A stretch of DNA of 64,000 bases from Desulfobacteraceae bacterium (GTDB lineage Bacteria > Desulfobacterota > Desulfobacteria > Desulfobacterales > Desulfobacteraceae), in NCBI GenBank assembly GCA_033851995.1, contig JAWSVI010000003.1:52794-116793 (forward strand). Direction: 5' to 3'. The notes beneath the pieces were generated by a model. That model was not told the origin of the DNA. It made no database searches and was given only the letters and a program-made list of their open reading frames with translations. The position numbers and the translations under genes are program-made. Below are positions 56,530 through 64,000 of this stretch, piece by piece (positions within the stretch are counted from its first letter, which is position 1; each line of letters begins with the position of its first letter).

Positions 56530-57834
56530 ATGAGCAGGATATCATGCTTTGAATTATATCATGTCAGAATCCCCCTGGATAAGCCCTTTTACCCGAGCTG
56601 GATCCCTGGCTACCCTGCCAATGAGAACCGGTTTGACCTTGTTAAAATCACCACAGAGGCCGGGGTTCACGGATATAGTGCAGCCCCGGCCATTGCCACA
56701 GAACGATCCGGACTGGGCTATTTAATTGCGCCATATCTTTTAGGCCACGATGCCACCGACATAGACCTGATGCTTCAACGCCTCAGGGAAGTCGGTTATC
56801 TGGGCGTCCGTGCAAACTGGATTGAACCCGCTTTCTGGGATATCAAAGGAAAACTCGAAGACAAACCCGTTTACGAACTGTTGGGCGGAACAAAGCAGTC
56901 AGTAGAGCTGTATGCCTCCACCGGGGAAATCAAAGATGAAGATTCCCGGGTATTTGAGGCCAGAAAACGCCTGGAAGAAGGGTTTAAGACCATCAAGATC
57001 CGGGTACATGATTTTGATGGTCAAAAAGACATTAATCATGTAAAGGCTGTTGTGGATGCGGTTGGAGACAAAATGTCCATCGGAGTGGATGCCAACCAGG
57101 CCTGGCGGGTAACCATTATCAATGATGCACCTCTCTGGGATCTGAAACGGGCAAAATATTTTGCTGATGCGTGCGCAGACATGAATATTGCCTGGCTTGA
57201 AGAGCCACTTCCCATGGATGATTATCAGGCACTGACCGAACTCACCCGATACAGCAGAATCCCGATTACCGGCGGTGAAATCCATACAAACGGAAAAGCT
57301 GAACTCAAACACATGGTTGAAAGAAAGTGCTATGATATTTTTCAACCTGATGCGATCATGACCGGCGGAATCCAACACACCCTTGATGTGGCAGAGCACT
57401 GCAAAAAATATAATCTGGGATTTACGCCGCACACCTGGACCAATGGCATAGGGCTTGCCGTTAACCTTCAGGTATACCTGGCCAGCGGATTTGTGGGCAA
57501 GAAGCCAATGGAATATCCCATCAACCCGCCGTCATGGACCATTGAAAAACGAGATGCGATTTTGAAAAAACCCCTGATGCATGAGGAAGGAAGACTTTGG
57601 CCGGCTTCTGCACCTGGACTTGGCTTTGAAATTGACCCGGACAAGCTTGCAAAATATGGAAAAAAGATTTTTTCCATGAACAAGAGAAAGCTTTTCTTTT
57701 ACTCACTTAAGGATAAAGGCCTGATCACATCCATACGACTGGCATCCAATAAGAAAAAATATGGCGTAGATGCAGTCAACAAAACAGATGCGAACAACAA
57801 AAAGGACACATCACCCAGAATTAAAGCCGAGTAA
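56530..57834 (+). CDS. Mandelate racemase / muconate lactonizing enzyme family protein
   Basis: FWDIKGK, KIRVH, DANQAW, WLEEP, GGE, QPD, PHTW. Confidence 0.88.
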   Translation: MSRISCFELYHVRIPLDKPFYPSWIPGYPANENRFDLVKITTEAGVHGYSAAPAIATERSGLGYLIAPYLLGHDATDIDLMLQRLREVGYLGVRANWIEPAFWDIKGKLEDKPVYELLGGTKQSVELYASTGEIKDEDSRVFEARKRLEEGFKTIKIRVHDFDGQKDINHVKAVVDAVGDKMSIGVDANQAWRVTIINDAPLWDLKRAKYFADACADMNIAWLEEPLPMDDYQALTELTRYSRIPITGGEIHTNGKAELKHMVERKCYDIFQPDAIMTGGIQHTLDVAEHCKKYNLGFTPHTWTNGIGLAVNLQVYLASGFVGKKPMEYPINPPSWTIEKRDAILKKPLMHEEGRLWPASAPGLGFEIDPDKLAKYGKKIFSMNKRKLFFYSLKDKGLITSIRLASNKKKYGVDAVNKTDANNKKDTSPRIKAE

Positions 57835-58387
57835 CCACCCCCCTGATGTCTTGATGAACTGTCGGGTATTTTTCAATTTCTCCTTTTTCATCAACACCGC
57901 GATATAAAAGCTCAGCTTCATATGTGATATCAGCGGCATCCATAAAATACCGGGCGGTTAATATAAGCCCGTCAAACAGGTCTTTTCCCTTAGTGGCTGC
58001 CACTCCCAGCAAAACACCCTTTCTTGTCCGGCCTTTATAATCATCCATTTTCAACCTGTATTTTCTGGACCACACCACCTGTACCCGGTCAATCAGAGCC
58101 TTCAAAGCGGAAGGGAAACCATAAAAATAAACCGGAGAGCTTAAAACCAGAATATCCGCTTTTTCAAGAGCGGGTAAAAACAGCTGAGTAAAATCATCAT
58201 CCTTAAAAATGCATACCCCCTCTTTTTCACAATTCCCACACCCGATACAATGGTTGATTTTAAGTTTTGCCGCGTGCAGCACTTGGGTATCATTTCCTCT
58301 GGCCTTCATCTCCTCCATGAAAAAACTCATCAGGTAATCAGAATTGCCGTTGGGTCTGGGGCTGCCATGAACACCTAAAATATACAT
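57821..58387 (-). CDS. Flavodoxin / iron-sulfur flavoprotein family protein
   Basis: GSPRPNGNS, CIGCGNCEKEGVC, SPVYFYG. Confidence 0.88.
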   Translation of the reverse strand: MYILGVHGSPRPNGNSDYLMSFFMEEMKARGNDTQVLHAAKLKINHCIGCGNCEKEGVCIFKDDDFTQLFLPALEKADILVLSSPVYFYGFPSALKALIDRVQVVWSRKYRLKMDDYKGRTRKGVLLGVAATKGKDLFDGLILTARYFMDAADITYEAELLYRGVDEKGEIEKYPTVHQDIRGVVTRL

Positions 58388-58391
58388 ATTT

Positions 58392-59099
58392 TCACTCCAC
58401 AATTCCCATTAATTCCACCACAAAAATCAAGGTGGATCCCGGTTTGATCTTCGGGCCGGCGCCTCTGTCTCCATACGCCAGATCTGACGGGATATACAAC
58501 ATCCACCTGGAACCTTCTTTCATTTTCTGTAAAGCTTCAACCCATCCGGGAATAACACCGCCCACCTGGAATGTGGCTGCTTTGCCTCTCTTATAGGATG
58601 AATCAAACTCTGTCCCGTCTATAAGCGTTCCCTTATAGTGGCACTCCACGGTATCACTTAACTTGGGCAGCGCTCCAGTGCCTTCTTTGAGCACTTTGTA
58701 CTGAAGCCCTGATGAAAGGGTTATTACCCCTTCTTTTTTCTTGTTTTCATCTAAAAATTTCGCACCAAGGGTACGATTCTTTTCTGATTCTTCTTTAATT
58801 TTTTCAATCTGTTTCTGACGGGCCATCCGCTGATAGGACATCAGGATATCCTGCAGTTGTTTTTCACTTACCTGCGGAGTATTCCCCTGGCTGTCCTTTG
58901 CCCCCATAAAAAAATACTGGGGGTCCAGTTCAATTGTTTCCCTTAATTTTTCAAAAATATCATACCCAAGCGCATAGCTGATCTGCTTTTCAATTGATGC
59001 ATCTTTTACAAGGGGAGAATCTTTTTCCTCAGCCAGGCCTGTTGTAGAGAAAAAAAGTACGCCTGCTGCAATTAATATGTATCCGTAGAGCTTCAACAT
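58392..59099 (-). CDS. FKBP-type peptidyl-prolyl isomerase (Mip/FkpA-like)
   Basis: ISYALG, SGLQYKVL, VECHYKGTLIDGTEFDSS, VIPGWVEAL, PSDLAYG. Confidence 0.93.
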   Translation of the reverse strand: MLKLYGYILIAAGVLFFSTTGLAEEKDSPLVKDASIEKQISYALGYDIFEKLRETIELDPQYFFMGAKDSQGNTPQVSEKQLQDILMSYQRMARQKQIEKIKEESEKNRTLGAKFLDENKKKEGVITLSSGLQYKVLKEGTGALPKLSDTVECHYKGTLIDGTEFDSSYKRGKAATFQVGGVIPGWVEALQKMKEGSRWMLYIPSDLAYGDRGAGPKIKPGSTLIFVVELMGIVE

Positions 59100-59318
59100 C
59101 TGGTGCCTCCATTTTTTTTGGTGATTTCGCTTGAAATGTCTGGCTGTAAAAATAACAAAAAGACCATTATTTTGCAATGGCCTTTATGGAGTCAAAGGCA
59201 TAGCAATCTTCGTCTCAAAGCTATTAAAAGATTTTACATTTTTTACAGGCTGTACTATGAGATACTAAGTCACACTTAGACAACATTTCTTTTAATTTTG
59301 AAACATTGGGAGAGATTT

Positions 59319-60788
59319 ATGAGCAAATGGGCATTTCGATCTGCAACAGACCTTGTCAATGCGATAAAAACCCAAAAAGTCAGTTCCCTGGAACTGCTGG
59401 AGGAGTATATTGAACGGGTCGAACGACTGAACCCGTCAATCAATGCAATCGTTGCAACCGATTATGACCATGCCAGGAAAAAGGCTGATGATGCCGACAA
59501 GGCCTTGGCCAAAGGGGCGGACTGGGGAGTACTTCACGGGCTCCCCATGACCATAAAAGACAACCTGGAGGTAAAGGGAATGCCCTGCACTGCAGGTGCC
59601 CCAAAGCTAAAAGATCACCGCCCAGATAGGAATGCTGATGTTGTTCAACGGTTGATAGATCAAGGTGCTGTTATCTTTGGAAAAACCAATATGCCCCGCT
59701 ATGGGGAGGATATTCAAAGCTACAACGAAGTCTACGGACAGTCCAACAACCCCTGGGATAGTTCCCGGACGCCGGGCGGATCTTCCGGCGGAGCAGCCGC
59801 AGCCATTGCCACAGGGCTGTGCGGTCTTGAAATAGGTAATGACATTGGCGGTTCTATTCGTAATCCTGCAAACTTCTGCGGCATTTACGGTCATAAATCC
59901 TCATATGGAATTGTACCGGACCGCGGCATGATTCCACCGCCTCCGGGCATATTCCCCGGCGATCAAACCATGCAGACAGATATTCTTGTGAACGGCCCGC
60001 TTGCCAGAAGTGCAGAGGATCTGGATCTGGCCATGAGTATTATTGTCTCACCGGAACTCCCTGAATGCAAAGCATGGCAGATCAACCTGCCAGAACCCAG
60101 GAAAAAATCTTTGTCTGAATACCGGATCGGTCTCTGGCTGGATGACCCGGCATGCCCGGTGGATTCAGAAGTTGGAACCTGCCTCCAGAACGCTGCTGAT
60201 GAACTTGCAAAGGCTGGTGCTGACATTTGTGAGCAGCGACCGGAAATCGATTTCTCCCAGACATTTGAAATGTTTTCAGACCTGCTGAATGGCGTCATGG
60301 GACTTGGAGTTCCAAATGACATGTTTGCTGAATGGGTAGAGGAAGAAGCCAGCCTGTCGGGAAAGCCCCTGGATACAAAAAATAGATTCATCCGTGGTGC
60401 CATACAAAGGCATAAAACCTGGTTGATGAGGGACATTGAACGCCAGATGGCACGCCAGAAATGGACAGATTTTTTTGCAGATTTTGACGCGCTGCTCTGC
60501 CCGTCAGCGCCCGTGCCTGCATTCCCCCATGATCACAGGCCATTTCATGAGCGTACCATTGAAGTAAATGGCACCAAAAGGCCGTATGCTGATCTCATGG
60601 GGTGGGCAGGATTAACAAATGTGGTGTTTTTACCGGCCACCATCGCACCAGTGGGAATGACATCAGGTGGTCTGCCTGTAGGTGTGCAGATTGTCGGCCC
60701 TTATCTGGAGGACCGGACACCCATACATATTGCAGGACTTATGGCCGATGTGGTGGGCGGTTTTAATCCACCTGAAGGGTTTGCATAA
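59319..60788 (+). CDS. Amidase signature family enzyme
   Basis: GLPMTIKD, GKTN, PGGSSGGAAAA, GNDIGGSIRNPA. Confidence 0.92.
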   Translation: MSKWAFRSATDLVNAIKTQKVSSLELLEEYIERVERLNPSINAIVATDYDHARKKADDADKALAKGADWGVLHGLPMTIKDNLEVKGMPCTAGAPKLKDHRPDRNADVVQRLIDQGAVIFGKTNMPRYGEDIQSYNEVYGQSNNPWDSSRTPGGSSGGAAAAIATGLCGLEIGNDIGGSIRNPANFCGIYGHKSSYGIVPDRGMIPPPPGIFPGDQTMQTDILVNGPLARSAEDLDLAMSIIVSPELPECKAWQINLPEPRKKSLSEYRIGLWLDDPACPVDSEVGTCLQNAADELAKAGADICEQRPEIDFSQTFEMFSDLLNGVMGLGVPNDMFAEWVEEEASLSGKPLDTKNRFIRGAIQRHKTWLMRDIERQMARQKWTDFFADFDALLCPSAPVPAFPHDHRPFHERTIEVNGTKRPYADLMGWAGLTNVVFLPATIAPVGMTSGGLPVGVQIVGPYLEDRTPIHIAGLMADVVGGFNPPEGFA

Positions 60789-60831
60789 AAAGCCAATAAC
60801 GCGTTTTTTAAAAAAACTTTAAAAAATCTTC

Positions 60832-61641
60832 TTAATCGGGGAATGTGGGCTTTCTCTTTTCAATGAATGCGGCAACACCATGCATGCATTCTCCAGATGC
60901 AATAAGTTCTGCAGCCATTTGCGCCTCCAGCTCAAGTGCTTTTTCCAAAGGCAGCCCCTGGCTTTGCCGAATGACTGCCAACGCATGACAGACAGCCCTT
61001 GGCCCGTTTTGTGCGATTTGCCCTGCCAGGTCCAATGCATCCTTAACAGAACGCCCTTCATTGCTCACACGGTTCACCAAACCAATATTCAGCGCTTCTT
61101 CGGCATTTATCGTACGGGCCGTCAGTATGAGGTCCGAAGCAACAGCACTTCCGACAAGCCTGGTTAAAGAAGGACCGCCTCCCCAATCCGGCATCAGGCC
61201 CAGGCGAACTTCAGAAAAACAAAGTTGAGCCGATCGGTCCATTACTCTCAGATCGCATCTGGTTGCCAACTCCATCCCACCCCCATACGCCAACCCATTT
61301 ATTGCGGCAATAATTGGAACGGGCAGGGATATAAATCCATCAACGGCTTTTCGAATACGGTTAACCACTCTCCTGGCCGGCCCTATATCATTATTGTCTA
61401 AAACCTCAAGGAAAGTATTCACCAGAGGATTTTCAGGATTAACATCAAACCCAGCACAAAACGCTTCGCTTCCACCTCCGGTGATAACAACCGCCCTTGG
61501 AAGATCCTGTTTCATCTGCCTTGTAACCTTTTCCAAAGCCTCGAACATGGACTCATCAAACGCGTTTTTCTTTTCAGGACGATTCATTGTCACCAACGCG
61601 ATCTTATTTTTTATCTCCGCTTGAACGGTATGACCAGTCAT
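60832..61641 (-). CDS. Enoyl-CoA hydratase/isomerase
   Basis: NRPEKKNA, FCAGFD, AAINGLAYGGGMELA, EVRLGLMPDWGG. Confidence 0.92.
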   Translation of the reverse strand: MTGHTVQAEIKNKIALVTMNRPEKKNAFDESMFEALEKVTRQMKQDLPRAVVITGGGSEAFCAGFDVNPENPLVNTFLEVLDNNDIGPARRVVNRIRKAVDGFISLPVPIIAAINGLAYGGGMELATRCDLRVMDRSAQLCFSEVRLGLMPDWGGGPSLTRLVGSAVASDLILTARTINAEEALNIGLVNRVSNEGRSVKDALDLAGQIAQNGPRAVCHALAVIRQSQGLPLEKALELEAQMAAELIASGECMHGVAAFIEKRKPTFPD

Positions 61642-61719
61642 ATAACGTCTCGTTTTCGTGTCAAAATATGCTTAATATTAATAAAAAAATCTCCTTTGAG
61701 TTGAACGTGTCTGATGAAA

Positions 61720-63525
61720 TTAGAACAAAGCATTTTCCATATTTGCCGCCGGGTGGTTCTCATAAACAATGCCGTTGATTTTACCCATGGTCACCGGCAA
61801 AATGGTCTGAATAAAAAATTGAGCCGCTTTGATTTTGCCTGCATAAAAATCAGCATCTTTTTTCACCTGTTTTTCCAGCTGTTCCTGTGCAATGCCGGCA
61901 GACCAGAGGAGCAGCCAGGCCATGATAATATCGCCGCAGGCATCCATCAAAGGATGTGCGCTGGCAAGTGCGGATGACACATGTTTAGAAAACATGGCAC
62001 CTGTTGTGCTTTTCGCCTTTTCTTCAAATGCGCTCAGCACAGTTTCCAATTTTTCGGACAGCGGGGTAAGCAATTCCCACTTTTTTGACCGGCTGACCGT
62101 TGTCCTGATTTCCGTAACAAGAGCATCCAGCATGGCTCCATTTTTCCCCGCCACTTTGCGCCCCAGAAAGTCCATGGCCTGAATGCCATTGGTGCCTTCA
62201 TATATGGACGCAATTTTACAATCTCTTAAAATCTGTTCAATCGGGTATTCTTTAGTATATCCGTAACCGCCAAACACCTGCATGGCCTCAGTACAGACAT
62301 CAAAACCCTTTTCGCTGGAATATGATTTCACGACTGGAGTTAAAATCTCTACAAGGTTGGAATAGCGAGCTCTGTCTTCCTGATTTTCCGTTATCTGGAT
62401 CTGGTCAAAACAAAAGGCAATATAATAAACCAGTGTCCGCATGCCCTCCACATAGGCTTTCATTCTCAACAGCATTCGCCTCACATCAGGGTGTTCAATA
62501 ATGGCCACCTGCTCATTTCCCTCTGTGGCCGCCTTTCCGATTCCCCGACCCTGGCGCCTTTCTTTGGCATAGTCCAGGGCAAACTGGTATGCAAGGTTCG
62601 CGCTGGCAAAAGATTGCATGCCCACTTCCAGGCGCACTTCATTCATCATGTGAAACATGATTTCCATTCCCTGCTTTTCCTTACCCAGAAGCAGCCCCCT
62701 GCATTTACCCTTGCTGCCGAGCGATACACTGCATGTTGGACTGCCATGAAGTCCCATTTTATTTTCGATTCCAGTCACCACAACATCATTGGGCTCTCCA
62801 AGACTACCATCTTCATTTACCCAGATTTTTGGAACAATAAATAGTGATATCCCTTTGGTGCCGTCCGGATCACCCTCAACCCTTGCCAAAACAGGGTGAA
62901 TGATGTTTTCAGTAATATTCTGATCACCGTTGGTTATAAAGATCTTACTGCCGCTGATATCGTAAGTTCCATCCTCTCTTTTTCTTGCAGTTGTAGTAAG
63001 TGCACCCACATCAGATCCTGCCTGGGGCTCAGTGAGCATCATGGATCCACCCCATACACAGGAATAAAGCTTTTCAAGAAACAGATCCTTTTGCTTTTGA
63101 GTGCCGTAAAGATCGATCATTTTTCCGGCTCCATGTGCCAGCATGGGATAGATGATCAAAACATAATTGGCCATTATCAGATATTCAATGGCTGCCTGGG
63201 ATATGGTCGAAGGAAGCCCCTGCCCACCATAATCCGGAGATTCCGTCAAAGCGCCCCATTCCCCTTCCACTAAAAGTTCATGAGGGCGCCTCAGGCATTC
63301 CGGGACCTTTACCTGGCCATCTTCAAATTTAGCACCATCCTCATCGCATTCAGTATATGTGGGAAATATTTCTTTAACAGCCAGATTTTTGGCTTCTTTG
63401 ACAACCATATCAAACATTTTTTTGTTTAATGAAGCGTATTTTTTTGATTTTAATACGCTTTCCACATGAAGAAGCTCATAAAGGATAAAATCAATATCTC
63501 TTTGACGGGTTAATTGAGGAGCCAT
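61720..63525 (-). CDS. Acyl-CoA dehydrogenase (long, FadE5-like)
   Basis: MMLTEPQAGSDV, GSKIFIT, KMGLHGSPT, QVFGGYGY, IYEGTNGIQAMD. Confidence 0.93.
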   Translation of the reverse strand: MAPQLTRQRDIDFILYELLHVESVLKSKKYASLNKKMFDMVVKEAKNLAVKEIFPTYTECDEDGAKFEDGQVKVPECLRRPHELLVEGEWGALTESPDYGGQGLPSTISQAAIEYLIMANYVLIIYPMLAHGAGKMIDLYGTQKQKDLFLEKLYSCVWGGSMMLTEPQAGSDVGALTTTARKREDGTYDISGSKIFITNGDQNITENIIHPVLARVEGDPDGTKGISLFIVPKIWVNEDGSLGEPNDVVVTGIENKMGLHGSPTCSVSLGSKGKCRGLLLGKEKQGMEIMFHMMNEVRLEVGMQSFASANLAYQFALDYAKERRQGRGIGKAATEGNEQVAIIEHPDVRRMLLRMKAYVEGMRTLVYYIAFCFDQIQITENQEDRARYSNLVEILTPVVKSYSSEKGFDVCTEAMQVFGGYGYTKEYPIEQILRDCKIASIYEGTNGIQAMDFLGRKVAGKNGAMLDALVTEIRTTVSRSKKWELLTPLSEKLETVLSAFEEKAKSTTGAMFSKHVSSALASAHPLMDACGDIIMAWLLLWSAGIAQEQLEKQVKKDADFYAGKIKAAQFFIQTILPVTMGKINGIVYENHPAANMENALF

Positions 63526-63567
63526 AATTCACCTGCTTTTCTTAAATAATTAATCATATCTTAAAAA

Positions 63568-63605
63568 GGTAAGTAAAATTTACTTATCAGAAATTACCCT
63601 GTCAA
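63568..63605 (-). promoter_or_regulatory. Promoter (TTGACA-17-TAAATT) with overlapping palindromic operator upstream of the acyl-CoA dehydrogenase
   Basis: TGTCAA at 63600-63605 on plus; GGTAAGTAAA-A-TTTACTTATC dyad at 63568-63588. Confidence 0.55.
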
Positions 63606-63709
63606 GAAAAAAATAATCCAGATTAACAAAGTGAACGATGTTCAAAAGGGAGGTTTAATAATATAAAAGAATGGTCTGTATCAGTATGTTTAAAGAAAAC
63701 TTTATTTTA

Positions 63710-64000
63710 TCATATCTCTTTTATCTCGCCATTTCTGACAGTAAGAATCCCTGCAATGGTGATTTCATCCAGACGGTCGAACATTGCGCGGCTGGCTTCA
63801 ACCCACACCCAGCGGGACATACACTCCCCGGCCCGGTTACAGATGCCGCACACCTGTTTTTCCTGTTCAGCACAATCGATTATTTCTGTTGATTCTTCAA
63901 GCACACGGACAATGCTTCCAATGGAAATATCCTCAGGCTGCTTAGCCAGCAGATGCCCCCCAAAAGGACCTCGGACACTGTTTATAATTCCAGCTTTTTT
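63710..64000 (-). CDS. Rrf2 family transcriptional regulator (5' end outside window)
   Basis: Manual translation from window end: KKAGIINSVRGPFGGHLLAKQPEDISIGSIVRVLEE...CAEQEKQVCGICNRAGEC; the wing motif and Cys cluster of Rrf2. Confidence 0.88.
   Translation of the reverse strand, partial: KKAGIINSVRGPFGGHLLAKQPEDISIGSIVRVLEESTEIIDCAEQEKQVCGICNRAGECMSRWVWVEASRAMFDRLDEITIAGILTVRNGEIKEI

Noticed and set aside
59963-60436. Long antisense ORFs (also 6447-7082, 7286-7849, 22853-23431, 43181-43762, 55177-55767, 56899-57432)
   Set aside because: Shadows of well-supported genes on the other strand with no recognisable motifs
1-64000. CRISPR arrays, tRNA/rRNA, integrases, transposases, att sites
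   Set aside because: None recognised by eye; the B12 island shows no mobility genes or flanking direct repeats, so it is not called a mobile element

Overview
64 kb of chromosome from a sulfate-reducing Desulfobacterota bacterium (gene content resembles Desulfobacula/Desulfobacteraceae; this is inference, no rRNA marker present). Left to right: (1) 3' end of nfo; (2) a probable sigma54-driven tmcDCBA electron-transfer operon followed by a signalling block (3 stand-alone receivers, 3 kinases, a USP) and ccdA; (3) a radical SAM/SPASM gene and an SRPBCC gene; (4) a ~28.5 kb cobamide/cobalt island (14.5-43 kb) made of two convergent arms controlled by three cobalamin riboswitches; (5) a GcvT-SHMT fusion, DUF3786, an MshEN-like/FapA protein, a hybrid kinase, a sigma54-preceded secreted repeat protein, PHP, PEP carboxykinase, an enolase-family enzyme, a flavodoxin-family protein, FKBP, amidase, beta-oxidation genes and a truncated Rrf2 regulator. 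The left island arm encodes periplasmic CbiK, a TonB-dependent receptor, DUF2162-MotA, DUF2149, an exported and membrane-anchored CobN-like protein, two exported unknowns, a NapH-like Fe-S membrane protein, and a double-cubane-like reductase with its ATP-dependent activase. The right arm encodes BtuF-CbiZ, BtuFCD, a TonB2-like motor, cytoplasmic CbiK, a second metal ABC transporter and a TrmO-like protein. The best candidate for an undescribed system is the left arm, which I infer is a periplasmic, reductive metal-tetrapyrrole (de)chelation/salvage machine. No tRNA, rRNA, CRISPR array, integrase or IS element was seen. All annotations are by motif recognition only; no searches were run.
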